This document shows positions 25,844 through 39,800 of a stretch of DNA of 64,000 bases, in pieces; position 1 is the stretch's first letter; the number at the start of each line of letters is the position of its first letter. Position numbers and translations under genes: made by a program. The stretch covers positions 1 through 64,000 of the forward strand of contig CBFFRP010000198.1 in the NCBI GenBank assembly GCA_965644295.1, read 5' to 3'. The notes beneath the pieces are model-generated. The model was not told the origin of the DNA. It saw only the letters and a program-made list of their open reading frames with translations, and searched no databases. Source of the DNA: Paraphysomonas bandaiensis (taxonomy: Eukaryota; Protista; Chrysophyceae).

Positions 25844-27290
25844 ATGGATTCTATGAGTCAGTGCTCAGGGGACGAAGTGTTGGTTAACGAGGTTGTTGAC
25901 AGAACTCCGGATACATCTTCGGATCTTCCAAGTTCTTTGGAAAAGCGGCCGTATTTATTATCTTCAGACGAAGATACTGGGGATAATGATGACGACAGTG
26001 ATTTCGATGAGTTGTCGAATATCCCGCTTTTTACGCCGACAAAGAAAAAAAGGGGTTTTGAGTGGAGAAAAATACAACAATCTCAGAAAAACACCCTCGA
26101 GCAAATTGTGAAGGGTCATTCCTGGTACAGTCCCCTGAGGAATGGGGTGGTGAAGAAGTGTGTTATGCACCAAGACTGTGAGCACTTTGTGAAAGTGCTC
26201 AAGACAGGAGAAGTGTACGAGCGAGGTGTACATAGTACACTCGTCAATGTAAACGTCCCCAAGTCGAGGGGAATATCTCCTCAAATCATTGACGAGGTCG
26301 ATGAGAAAATCCGCGAAGGTTTCATGCCGACATACATTTCCAACTTTTACAAAAGCCACTCGGAGTACCGAAACGTTGCTCCCACTGTTCACCAAGTATC
26401 GAATCGAAAGAAATTTCTACATAAAAGCACTTTAAAAGTGGACTCAGTGAAGGAGCTGCAGTCCTATCTGCAGTCCAAGACTGTAAGTATACACTTTACT
26501 GATATTATATACTTCACCTAGACTTATGTTATCAACGTACAGGTACCTATTGCAGGACTTACGTGCCGTGATATTGTGAACTGTCCGGAAGAAAAGAGCG
26601 CAGATATGCTGGTGCTAAAAACTTTCCCCAGCAGGAAAGTCAGGATGACGATGGCAACCCTGTAGTATGTGATGGCTGGATATTTTCCAGCTATCATGAG
26701 CTCGATAATTTTATCGCTGTACTCAAGGCATACAAGGAGACAGGTCTGTGCCTTTCCGTAGATTCCACGTATAAGGTGACGAATAATGGGTGGACATTGA
26801 CTGCCCTAATTGCCGACAACCTCATCTATTAAGTTTAACAACACACTCGCAAACTCTGGGCTTATTGTTCGTGTCTTTATATATCTGCTGAATGGTGACC
26901 CTGTCTCATATAATACCATTAGTTTATTATCTAATAGCTTCATTACATTTATTTGTAGTTTGTAAAACTTTTTATAGTTCTTTTTAATTGTCATTATTAT
27001 ATAATATACTATTATATTATATTATATTTTATACTATTGTGACATAGAACCACGTGTGGAGGTAAGTATACCTAAAGTACTCATACCTTTAATGTATTTA
27101 ACATATATATGTATATGACAGAACATCATTTGACTAGAAAACCTGTCCCATTATTCCACGCCTGCAGTAGAGGGGAAGCTCGTCCGTTATTTGTGGCCCT
27201 ATTCACCGTGGTGAAAGAGGTAGCAAAGCAGCTTGGGTACCCAAGTACCCGAATTCGATGCTGCGGGATGGACCACTGCAAGGTGCAATG
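25844..27290 (+). pseudogene. Mutator/MULE-like transposase, spliced and truncated
   Basis: C..H..C..HS N-terminal motif, VSNRKK, LSVDSTYKVTNNGWTL, PLFHACSRGE..LF..MDH, all typical of MULE DDE domains. Confidence 0.7.
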
Positions 27291-29439
27291 GAACTCAGGT
27301 TGGGACCTGAGAGCCAAACTCTAAATAAGCTAAAACTCGCTTTAACAGAGAGAATGCTGCTTATTATTAACCTATACTACTTCTGCAGTACTAAATGCTT
27401 CTCGGCACCCCAAGAAACTAAAGCACAACTCACCAGCTATGCAGTTCAGTACTAAACAGAAAAGTGACGAGCTACAACAACCAACAAAGAGAGAACAAGC
27501 TTAACTAAAAAGAATGACGATGCGCTTGGGCGTTGACAGCCACACAGTGACTAAATCCAAATTTTCTGCGAAGGAGTGACGATATTTATGAATATTCTTG
27601 GAGAATTCTTCCTCTTCATACTCTACACATTAATGTATGGACTCTGCCGTATACGCTCTGAACTGCTGCTCATCTAAACAATATTGAGCACTCGACCAAT
27701 CAGCATTGAGAATAGGGAAAGCATTGGCTCAGTATTCACTTCCTGTATTTATACAGTGTAGGGTACAGTATACTGACACCGTATACCTACGAGTGATATA
27801 GACGCATACATACGATAGAGGAATACTGCAAATACATCATATACAGTGTATACGGTATACAGTGCGGTTGCTGAGAGGAGATGCTGCTCGCTCCTAACTG
27901 CCATCTTAATGTGATTGCAGCACACATACCGAACATACTTGTAAGCGAGCAGATTATCGTGAAAATTGAACAATATGTCCAGAGATGCATTACCATTGTA
28001 CTCGCTAAAGACCACTGCTTCTTCAATTGCCGATATAGAGTACGAGGCGATATAGTATATTGACTGTGCAGCATCAGTACGAGGGTCCACACAGTGTGAT
28101 GATCAAATGGAAGGTACCGTAAAATCATGTAATCAGTACGTACAGTCATGACAGGTGATATATAGGTCCTTCTCCCAGACAGAGACGGTCTATGGCAACC
28201 CTTAGTCACCATTGATTGGAAATGGATATATGCACCACACAGAGGCACATAATAACGGTAAAGAAGCCGCAGACGCATCAACTGACTGCAGGAAAAGCAC
28301 GTATACACTGTTTACGTACTATAGGTGATTGTAGAAGCTACATATGTGCATTTACAGGCCACTGGTTGAATATAGAGCCATGTACACATATATACCATAT
28401 ATTAGGGTAAGGATACAACATATATATATATTCTGTAGAAGGGTCACAACCTATACATATATGTGTGGGTGAAAGAGAGAAACTAGGTTAGTATGTACGC
28501 ATATATATATGTATACATCCAAACTGTAATAATAATAACTCTTCAAAAGAATTATATATCACAGCCCAGCATATAGAATAGAAGATAGTGCTGATGATTA
28601 TAAACCTGCTTTAAACCTGCACAGGTTTACAAAGGCGTCCCTCAATGGACTTCTTGATGTAGAACCTTCTGCCACGGCTGTGGACTGCAACATTCATGGC
28701 TAAGAACAAGCACAGGCTTGTAAATAAGTTATATTTAGATACAGCGATTGGTCATGCCAAGGTAACGGGATATGTATACACTGTATGCATTATATTTAAT
28801 AATATTAAACGTTTACGATGTACAGATGCTACGTGCCATATCCGAAAGGAGAATATTTATACTAATGCGTGATGCCGTTGTTAGAGAGTGGCGAAGTAAT
28901 GGTGCAGAGGACTCCTGACCGCTCAAATCGGGGCGCATCTTCAACAGGTGGGGCAGATCGAAATCCCAGAACTGAAAAACGACCTCGAAAAAAACGGCAC
29001 ATTGTTAACGTTGGTGTCCTCGGCGATGTCTCGTTGCTTTTTGATTCCTCCAACAGCACAATTAAAGAGCCACAGATGCTGGCAGAAGCAAAGAAGACTC
29101 CACAGAGAACATACTGGATTGAAGCTACCAGGAAGGAGGTGCACAAACTTGAACGAAGGACATGCTGGAAGATTGTCCGAAGGCCGAAACACCGAAAAAT
29201 CATAAAATCTAAATTGGTCTTTAAAGTAAAGCGCGACCATCTTGGAAAAATTAAGGAGTTCAAAGTTAAAAGGGTTTACTCAAGAACAAGGAGTCGACTA
29301 TAATGAGACATTCTCCCCAGCCAGTAGCTAAAAAGGTGTATCATTTAGGCTAGCACTGGCACTGGCTCTGCGATACAATCTGCAACTCCGTCAACTCGAT
29401 GTAGAAACTGCATTTCCGTATGCGGATCTGGACGAAGAC

Positions 29440-30572
29440 GTGTTTATGTCTCCACCTGCAGGAATAGATATTCCACAAGGATGTTGTTTGAAGATTCTGA
29501 AGAGTTTGTATGGCCTAAAACAAGCGCCTCGAAATTGGCACTCGATGCTAAAGGACAGTATCAAGGCGATGGGGTATAAGCAATGTATACTTGACCCATG
29601 TTTATTTGTACTCAAGGGTACTAATAATAACCTACATATGATACTTGTGTATGTAGATGATATCATTGTGCTAAGTCCTGACAGCCGTCATATTGAAAAA
29701 GTCATCAGCGCATTTAAGACTCAGTATGCCATGCAAGATATGGGTGACCTTAAGCATTATTTAGGTCTTACCATTGAGCGTCATAATAATGGCCAGATTA
29801 AGTTACATCAGTCTGCATATGCTAAGGATGTTGTGGTTAGATTCAATCACTTGTTGTCAGAAAAGAAGAGACGGTGCAAGGCAACCACACCTCTACCACC
29901 TGGCCTAAAGTTGTCCAAGGATGCAAAAGAGGAAGAAACTCGAAAACAGAGAGAATACGTTGATGCATTTCCCTATCAATCTGTTATTGGTGCCCTAATG
30001 TATTTGGCAGTGCATACTAGACCAGACATGGCATATACAGTAAATCTTCTCTCCCGGTTCACCACAAGACCCACGTACGCTGCATGTCAAGCTGCTCTGC
30101 ATACTTTATTGTATTTAGAAAATACAGTTGATCAAGGTATCATATTTCCTAATTTCACAGATGAAGACCCTCTATGTGTATACTCTGATGCAGATTGGGC
30201 CGGAGATCTGGATACATGCAGATTCACTACAGGGTATATCGTATATCTGTGGGGTGCTCCAATTGCATGGCAGTCCAGATTGCAGCCAACAGTGGCTACG
30301 TCGACTATGGAAGCTGAATATATGGCTGCATATGCTGCAATTCAGGAGATTGTATGGATACGAGGGGTGATGACAGAGCTCGGAATTCGTGGATTTGAGC
30401 TCAGTAAGAATGCGTCTCCAACAATCTTGAATATGGACAGCAAGAGTGCGATTGATCTAGCTCAGAACCCAGTAAATCATAAACGTTCCAAGCATATTCG
30501 GATCAAGTATCATTGGATTCGAGAGCAAGTGGGAGACTGTATCGTCAGGCTGAATCATGTGCCAACGGCAGA
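29440..30572 (+). pseudogene. pol: Copia RT/RNase H ORF fragment
   Basis: 382-aa ORF with RVT_2 and RNase H motifs; upstream frameshifts; truncated by the insertion. Confidence 0.9.
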
Positions 30573-32284
30573 TATATTGAATGTCTGATTATTTAGCAAT
30601 AGGCGTTGAAAGCCTGCACCAATTAGTGGCTAGAAGAATGCTAGTCATACTAGTTAGACTACTACCCGTAACTAATCAATACAAACTCTTTTATCCTACT
30701 ATTTAACGCTACAGAAGCTGCTTGTGCGTCGCCGCAAGCACCAAGGTGCAACCACTTCCGTTCTTAGTGTGTGTTATGAGGCTCGCCATGATCGTGTGTC
30801 CTGGGACTCACCGGCGCGTGTGATCTGGATGTCTCCTCTTGGGATGAGACTCCACTCGCTATATGATAGATAGCCTTTTGTACCTCACGGGGACTGACTT
30901 ATTAGCCTTATGGCAGTTAGGGGAAACAGTAATATGCCCTTCTGAGATTGGCGATCTGGTGGCCTTCCTTTAGGCATTGTTCCAAGTGGCTCGGAGGTAT
31001 GTGGATGAAGGTCTTGCAAAAGGTTATGGCCTACTGTGAAGAAGCGTCGAAATCGGCTCTTTTGCTGTCTTAGCCAGCGGTAGAGAACACATGCAAGAGG
31101 GTGTATAGCTGTACAGGGGTGGGATGTGAGGGTCATCCGGTGTGTCCAGCTACAGGGAGTCGAGAGGGAGTGTGATGGTGCAAGAGAGGCAACATCTGAT
31201 TGAGGAGAGTGAGACTGCGCAACAGAACAAGAGTCACTGAGGTCGAGTACTCTGATAGACCTATGCACGAGATGATCGTGATGATGATGATGGTCTGGAG
31301 GAGACACTCGGACGTCCTCAGCTGCCCTTGTTAGTGTCTGTGTTGGTGCAGGGGGTACAGACTGAGGCATAGAGAGTGTGTGTAAGGAAGATGACGGCAA
31401 GGTATCAGAGACGAAGGGAGAGGCGATAGTTTGTCTGGGGGTTTTCTAGGAGGAGGTAGAGTGTACTGTGTGTGTGTATGACACTGCAGTGGTGTTATGA
31501 GTGTGTTGGACAGAGAGAGAGAGCTGGTGATGTGTCCAACAGTACAGGTAGACAGGTACATGGACATGGTGATGTGTCCAACAGTACAGGTAGACAGGTA
31601 CATGGACATGGTGATGTGTCCAACAGCAGTAGAGGTATACACGGAATGGTATACATCCTGTAGGACACAGTAGTACAGTAGTCGAGTATACCGTATGCGG
31701 AATACAGTGTCTATCCAATGAGATGGATGGGCTGTGGGGGTGATAGGTGAACAGGGTGAGGGGGTAGCCTGCTGGGTGGATGGACCACAGACAAACCATG
31801 TTGGGTTGGGTTGAGTGGGCGGCAGAAGGCAGCCCTGTTGCACAGTTGAGAGGGATCGAGAGTATTCAGTGATTGCATAGGGGGTCCATGGGGGTCGTTT
31901 TCGTGAGCCTGCTCGCACGAGCCATGTTCTGAGAGGTTGTAGCCGTAGAAAGCGATGGGTGAGACGAAGTTGTCTGCTGAGGGGATAGCACATAGGTGCG
32001 GTCAGCGCTGCATTGGTGCAGGCACGTGGTTTAACTGAAGTAGTTGAGTAGGTTGAAGGTTGCAAGGCCAGGCAGGGGGGCTTGGAGCGTGTACAACATG
32101 GTGTGACAGGTAATTTGTCGGAAGCGTGGTGGTCAACAAAATGCAGCAGTAAGGGAGTGTAAAAGGCCCTGGGCACACTGATGTGACTCAGCCACGGTCT
32201 CAATAGAGACATTGGGCTTGGAGCTGGTTAATAGGGTGAAACTTTATGTTGGACTGTATTTGCCATCGTAGGGCAGAGAATATC
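30573..32284 (-). mobile_element. 1.7-kb non-LTR-type insertion (5'-truncated LINE 3' end or SINE-like)
   Basis: 11-bp TSD CCAACGGCAGA (30562-30572 and 32285-32295), no TIR or LTR. Near-identical copy at 62693-64000. Diverged relative at 40890. Confidence 0.85.
31526..31626. repeat. 42-bp tandem repeat (about 2.5 units)
   Basis: GGTGATGTGTCCAACAGTACAGGTAGACAGGTACATGGACAT; also at ~63646-63746. Confidence 0.9.
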
Positions 32285-33080
32285 CCAACGGCAGAGATGA
32301 CAGCAGACGTGTGATGACTAAAGCCTTGTCCGAGAAGCTGCACTATCAGCATGTGCACACTATGGTATCGCACTAAGTAGACTTGCTCATTACAGTATAT
32401 TCTGATATGTTCATTGAGTGGGAGTATTGAACTACAACCAACTCCTACGTGCGTACTTGAAGTTTGGTAAAGCCAATCGCTAGTAGTTATCCTGTATTCT
32501 ATGTAGCAATGAAATACAGAATATACATGACTACAGTATAGCAGTAGCTATTACAAGTATACAAAGAAACTGAAAATATAGTAGCTGTTAAAGATATAAT
32601 TTGTAGAACAGAATGTTGATGTTGGTGAATGACGTGGTTCCTAACTCACAGTGCTACAACATCATAAACTTACTATATTTCCTATAACATCAATCAGTCA
32701 ATATTGCACTAACTAAAAGCGTAAATTAATACTTGAGCCGCCTGCATACCGAAATATTCCTTGTAACTGCTGTCATCATGCATGTTGTTGTTTAACTGTA
32801 ACGCAGTAGAGCTGACGACGTATATGCATTGCTTTCAGAGGACGACGGTGTGTCCCGTGAGATACAGACATCATGCCAATATAAGGTGCATTAGACATTG
32901 CAGGCATGTTAAGAGGCATATAGTGGGTTCTACATGGGACATACATAATAGTAGAAACATTGTGAGGTGTAGGTGATATATGAGGCATATCAGTAGATAT
33001 TTAGCTATCAACAACGTCCGTTTCAGCAACATCACGGCTGGCACAGGCCACACAGCAACAAACTACAGTGTTGACTTGTG

Positions 33081-36080
33081 TGTCAAGTTATAACACAATT
33101 GGATGATTACTAAGTTAACTGGACGAGTATTCACTCATTAATCAAGTTAAGATAAGAGAAGATTATAATAAATATAATAAGCAATATATCACGTTATCTC
33201 TACTACCACTCATTTCTAGTACGATCTTACATCGTCATGATATCACTTCTCATAATACAGCTCATCACTACTGTATTCTCCAGTAACCGTCATAATTCCA
33301 ATATCTTAGAATTACAGCTTTTAATTGCTCAAACAGCAAAACTCAACACTCCCTCTCAATTCAAAGCTGTACATTGAATTGTCAAACCACGAGTCATAAC
33401 TGACGGGCGGATACGCAACCACCAAGACCTCATGAGCTGTACATTGAATCTTCACATCGCAAGACATAATTGACGGATACTATGTAGATTGAATCCTCAC
33501 ATCACGAGACATAACTGACGGGCAGTATTACAGCTTTTAATTGCTCCAACGGCAAAACTCAACACTCCCTCTCAATTCAAAGCTGTAGATAGACTCTTCA
33601 TATCACGAGACATAACTGACGGATACGCAACCACCAAAAACCTCATAGGACAAACCGGTGGACGTATGACTCCGACGTTTCAGCAAGTCTCACCATAGAC
33701 AACACATCTGAAAGATCTTCTGTCTCTGATAACAGCACGTATGGTTTCTTATCCTTGTCACTGAGATCAATCACACCACATCATTCAACTTCAACGCTAA
33801 GTTGCGAGCACCCTGGCTGTCAGGAAGAATGGAGTGGGTTCGTACAACAATCGAAGTCCCACTTCGACCAACACCCCCCGAAGCCACACCAGTTCCTGCA
33901 TGCCAGCAGACTGAAGCAAATCAAGGCAATTAACAAACTTCGCATATATTGTGACTTTTGGTCTCTCTACAATTAGACATATTATGTTAGTTATTAGAAC
34001 AGTCACTGTCATCACACAGATTGACAATCTCCTCATCATAAAGGTTTACCTCACCCAGGGTGGACACACTAGTCAACACCCGTACGCTTACCACACAAGT
34101 CTCCCTAGACTCAGCAGGTACAGTCTCACAGACACGATTCACGCTGATCTCACTAGACTTAGTATACACAGTATCACTAGGCAAAGTACGAAGGGACATT
34201 CTCTTCCCTGGAATCTCATCCGCCGTATAGACTTATTGGGCGCACCACCCGAAGCCGGCGTGTAGATGAAGATCCACCCCTTTTTCCATCACAAAAACGA
34301 GGTTTTTATAGTACAGCCGTCTCACTAGATACAGCACCCGCACTACTCTCTGGCAAAGTACGAAGGGACACTCTCTTCCCTGGAATCTCATCCGCCGTAT
34401 AGACTTATTGTGTGTTCCCCACGAAGCCGGCGTAGATGATGATCCACCCCTCTTGTCGACACAAGAACGAGGTTTTTAGTACAGCCGGCGGTTATACACG
34501 TCTATATCGACTATACGATGGCCGAACTCTGCAACAGCTCGAACCAGTGGGTCACTCTTGACAACAACCGCCTCAAGCTCATCATCGATAGCACTCCATC
34601 TATCTCATGAGGAACTACTCTCATCATATATAACACAATGGACACGACTCCTGATCACTCGCACCCCCATCGATAGCACTGCACCCCAATCCACACAATC
34701 AGACACATAACTGAATCACCGTGCTCACACTACATCCACACGCGATATTAGACATCATTCTGATAAATATATGGGGTCTCTCCAGAGGGTTCATACATCA
34801 TCAATCCAGTCTACTTTTTCTGTCTTATGTTCGTATGAATAACCCCGATTTTCAAAAATAATACTGGTTTTATATCCTATATACTGTATGTTTCTACTGT
34901 ACACAGCAGTATCACTCCTACTTCTCTGTCCAGTTTCATTCCAATGGTCACACTTCAGCTGTTGCTTCCAACTACCATCCGCTACCATGTCAAGTTATGA
35001 CACAATTGGATGATTTACTAAGTTAACTGGACGTGTATTCACTCATGAATCAAGTTAATATAAGAGAAGATTATAATAAATATAATATAGTTATATTTAA
35101 CCACGGGCAATAAGGAGGCTATATCGTCCCGCGCTCAAAATTTTGAAACGAGGGCAAAAAGCCCGAGTTTTAAAATTTTGACAAGGGACGATACTCCTTA
35201 TCCCTAGGTTAAATTGTAGCTTATCCTCATGACGTTGAAAAGTTAATATTACATTGTATAGCTATTTGTAGCATGCTTGCTGTATAAAGACATAGATGTT
35301 CCCTGATTAACATTAAGAACAAAAATGAGAACTCATATAGTTTCAAATCAATGATATGTATACTGTAAGTGTGATGATGAATGTGAACAGTTGAAGGTGA
35401 AAGAGAGGCTTCTTATTCCCTTAATTAGCATCATCATCACATTTATATACAGCAGGCTTTACCTTTTCAAGTACATCTGATCGAATGATGTGTGTATGAT
35501 ATGAGGCACACAATATCATGAGAAGCACGATATGGCTCAAATTCTGAAAGAACTGGGTGCCACTGCTCCTAACCAGCTATATAGCATCAGATATGGTCTC
35601 CTGTAATGTTCTTGAAGTTTTTTCGAAGTCCTGGATATGAAGACAGATCACTTGCACTGACAGCAGTCGAAGGATGGAATATAACTTGAAGTGTCTAATG
35701 GTTTAACTCATGATTGTGGGTTCTCTATAATTGTGTGTACTATAATGAAATCACATATATACGACTGTCATTATCATACTTTGGATAGAAGTGAGCTTCT
35801 GTTGAACCCAATATTGAAGTTGAATGTCTATATTTGCCCGGTGCTGATATGAGCGCCCTGTTGAGACAAAATCAGGTCAAAAAAAGCTTTTTTTGAGACA
35901 AAATGGGGATAAGCGATATATCACGCTATCTCTACTACCACTCATTTCTAGTACGATCTTACATCGTCATGATATCACTTCTCATAATACAGCTCATCAC
36001 TACTGTATTCTCCAGTAACCGTCATAATTCCAATATCTTAGAATTACAGCTTTTAATTGCTCAAACAGCAAAACTCAACA
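33081..36080 (-). mobile_element. Non-autonomous copia-derived LTR element (TRIM/LARD-like)
   Basis: LTRs 33081-33348 and 34988-36080 (split), TG..CA. TSD TTGTG on both sides. PBS TGGTAGCGGATGG. PPT GAGAGGGAG. RNase H remnant MQELVWLRGVL..PTPFF; internal duplications. Confidence 0.92.
35088..35908. mobile_element. 0.8-kb insertion in the 5' LTR with terminal ~118-nt hairpin (possibly Crypton-like)
   Basis: Absent from the partner LTR; ATA overlap at the junctions; long imperfect palindrome 35096-35213. Confidence 0.7.
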
Positions 36081-36085
36081 TTGTG

Positions 36086-36270
36086 ATAATTTCAATGACG
36101 ATGTATGTTACGGACTTACTACCTTCTGTACAACAGCACCGACGGATCGCGCAAGTAACATCAGACCTTGCTAAGTGCAACGAAGTCGCATTGATGCTAC
36201 AGAAATCGTCTGTAGATCATTATGTTGTGCGTAGCATGTTCGACAAACTTATTGAAAACTTTCCAGATAT
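36086..36270 (+). pseudogene. hAT-like transposase remnant (target of the LTR insertion)
   Basis: DLLPS..V..DL..NEVALMLQK..VRSMFDKLIENFP resembles the remnant at 11600-11880. Confidence 0.5.
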
Positions 36271-36821
36271 CATTGTATATAATAGGCACCACAGTATATT
36301 ATGTTTTAAGGGAGGTCCCTTAATAGTAGATCCCATCTAAACTAGTGGATTTATAGGCTATCCGGACTAATAAAATTAATTGGGTGCAAGGAATCCATAT
36401 GCGGGAGCAACGAACAGGAAGTGTAACACAATTGCAAATAAAATGAAAATAGAGAGTGATAATAACATCTCCTATTCATCATTACATCAGTATTTATTAC
36501 TAGTTTACATATCATATACTCTCGCTGTCAACACAATGCTCTTCACTGGACATGTTTATAGATATCACAAGCAACATACATGTGTGGACGTGAGTTCGCA
36601 ATATCTCCCGAGGCCCACGAGACCTCTGAAAGCGTCGTGACGCAGTTATAGGACCGCGCAGACATAAACCATAAGCAAGCAACATAATATTCAACACCAG
36701 ACACTTTGAGTCTGGGATAATCCTTTTCTACTAGAGTCTACAATACCGCTCTGCAATATCTTTCAAGCATACACAGATTCATACCCACAAAATAAATATG
36801 GCAACCGAGAATCGCACCAAC

Positions 36822-39800
36822 TCACAGGTTTTTACCATGCAGCGTATCCGCCACCCATCGAGCAACTTCATTGGGAGTTAGCACTAAGGATCCTCGAATG
36901 TCATCATGTATCGGTGGATCATCAGGATGCAAGAAAGCTGCTAATACACGAGGGAAATAGACACTCTCTCTTGTCGATCGGAGGTCCATAGGATATCCTC
37001 TTGCCAGAGCACTTGTTATCTGACTTTGAATCCGAGTTCTAAAGTTGGGGTCAGCATACCCTTTCCTTTGAATTAAGCTATCTGACTTGGTAATACAAGT
37101 CATCGTAGGTATTGACGGGGAGGGAGGTTTTGGTCTCTCAATTCGTGATATGCTGCTTGTGGCAAACCCAACGTCCCATTTATTAAGCTCTTTTTGACTG
37201 CAAACAATGATACTGGCAGACGCCATCTGCCCATACAAATCGTTCACTTTAGCAATAGATTCACTTTCTCTAACGGCAACTTCAGTAGTATCCCCTAGCC
37301 CAATCGTATCAAGCACACAAAAACTCTTGGGAACACCATTGGAATCAACACCAGTGCACGGGAATATCTCGGGTACAGAAGTTCGTGATTCATATCCGCC
37401 TCCATACGAAAGATGATTTGGACAAGATCGCATATTTTCCCGCAGTGCTGTCTTTCCACTTTCAGTAGGCCCGCGAATCAGCACAATTGGCATTTGTTTT
37501 ATGGCGGCTTTGAGAGTAGCACTTAAAACAATCAATTTGACTCGTCTGCTTATAACCTCTACTGCGTGTACGGAGAGTAATTCATTCTTTTGATGTAACT
37601 TCATAACTTTAGTGGGATTTTTGATGTCCACATTGAAACGATCTCGACCAGGAAACAAACTGTTCACCATATTCTGGTAGTCATCAACGTTTGAGTTCTC
37701 CGTCAGCTCCCAACACCGCGCGCAGGCGTTTTTAAAAGCTCTATCCTTTTCACATAGACTTGCGTCATTTGGATATCTTACTTTTAACTGATCACAGAAT
37801 GCATCTCGAAGGCAAGAACTTGAGACTAGGCAACGCTGTGACCACCCCTCGGAAAGTTCGTTGGCTGCAATTGCAGCCAGGGCACAACCATACCCTACAC
37901 CTCCAGCAATCAGAGCAATCGGAGTGCTTATGACAGCTACAACAGCCGTTGCAGTCAATAGTGCAAGAGACCCCAACAAAGTGCACTCGGATGCTAATAC
38001 AATGATTTCTTGGACATGAGGAGATCTTAAGAACCTTTCGATAGATGCTTCAGCGGGACCTCCATCTTCTCCAGACGGGTTGAAGAACAACCAGATAGGG
38101 GAAATGAATGTGGTCAGCGGTCCAGCTACTCCCACCATCAGTTTTTTCAGAAACAAATCATAAGTGTCTTTAGACTCGCTGGGCATGAGCATATCTCTTG
38201 CTTCGAAAAGTTCGTGACATATTAGACCCAGAATTTTCCCCAACACCAGCACATCATCCGCTTCTTCATCGTCGCGTATGGTCATCAAATCATATCCAGA
38301 AATGGCCAGTTGTGGTTTGCTATGAAATATATTGCTGTCAAATATCAAGTCGGGGAAGTCTTCTACAAATTTCTGCAAATGCATGGGCAATGTGAACTCA
38401 GGATCACACTTCTTCTTCTCCTTCTGATGCTCCAAAATACTTTTACTGTAGCATTTCGCTACGGCCTGTCCCTTAAAGCTGGCTTGCAGGATCGACTTTA
38501 TTTGAGAATAATGATCCTTCAGCCACCATTCAGCGAGGGGTGAGCCAAACACAAACCCCACTTCAATAGGAACGGTTTTAAAAATATTGATCACCACATT
38601 GCGCAGATTATCAAATTCTTCACTCACGTCTCTTGACACCGCTGTAACGTCTCTGGTCAGTGTAAGTATATGACATGCGTAGTACAACATAGACTGAAGA
38701 TTATTGTGGTTAATTGGTGGGTCGTCGTGAACAATCGTTACGTTGAGGTGGTCACTTTCTTCATTCCACGCAAAGAAAGAGCTGGTGGTGAATTTACATG
38801 TTCCAACGGCAGGCTGAAACTTACTTGGGCGAGGACTAGTTGGACCTGATATAAATAACGCCTTCGAACTTATGTAATTCACAGTGCAATCACCTCTCGT
38901 GTCTATGTGTTCAATGAATCCACACTGTTTCTTCTCCTTCTCGCGCACTGATGAAAAACAAAAGAAGTCTCGCACGCCATACAAATACTCTCCCTTGACT
39001 TCTACAGATACCTTTCCTTCATGGATGACATCACGCAGCACCAGTTCATGAATGACAGGTTTCTCCAGCGTCAGTTCATCAGGAACTTTGCTCGTAAAGC
39101 TGTCATCGAGATCGGGGAAGTTAAGCCGTGACATGTAGGAGCTTCCTAATTGGTGAGCATCCCTTATCCGGGTAGAAATAGTAAACTCCGAGATATCGAA
39201 AAGTTCAGTTACAGCTGCATCAGAAAGAGAATGAAACTGATCTTCACTATTAACCTTGAAAAAAGTGCCAATCGGCCGATAAGTAATCAAATCTAACACA
39301 AAGTTCGAGCCGCGCACAAAATTCCCGGCAGCTGTACCCAATTTGTTTCCAAAGTCTCTGGCAGATACTACCAACATCTCTTCATTCATAAGAGATTGCA
39401 CCAAATTCACAACGCTACCGGCACATGCCTTTAAAGTAGCACTCGCCGTTCGCTCCAGCACTTTTCCAGTTATGTAAGCTAGTACGTGCTGTGTCCACGT
39501 CAATACTTTAGGAACCACATCTTCAGAATGGACAAAGTTCCAGAAGCGGGATTTCAAGGTATCGTTCATACGATCAACCAGCTCTCCACTTGCAACCATG
39601 GGTGAACCGAAAGTTATGCATCGAATTTTTTTTCTATACTTACTTTTGTTTGCGTGATTATTAAACTCATCAAAAAGAGATATGGCCAGCAACTGGGCGA
39701 CAGCACCACCCAGGGAGTGTCCAGTTATCACAATTTCATCGCCCAATACAACGCGGTCATATAAATAACTCAGTGGGAGTTTGCTCATGCGGCTATACCA

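Larger units (their letters stand above)
27860..32424 (+). mobile_element. Decayed Ty1/copia element (RT-RNase H largely intact), interrupted at 30573-32284
   Basis: Protease remnant YIDCAAS; LKSLYGLKQAPRNW, YVDD, DADWAGD, SKHIRIKYH. VPTA|EMTAD..TKAL resumes after the insertion. PPT GAGTGGGAG then TATTG LTR start at 32425. Confidence 0.85.

Noticed and set aside
30600-30800. Hammerhead ribozyme / Penelope-like pLTR
   Set aside because: No CUGANGA-GAAA core seen on either strand and no tandem pLTR arrangement.
30885-32212. ORFs of 171 and 293 aa (and 63004-63762) as host genes
   Set aside because: They lie inside a multi-copy insertion, and an indel between copies changes the frames.
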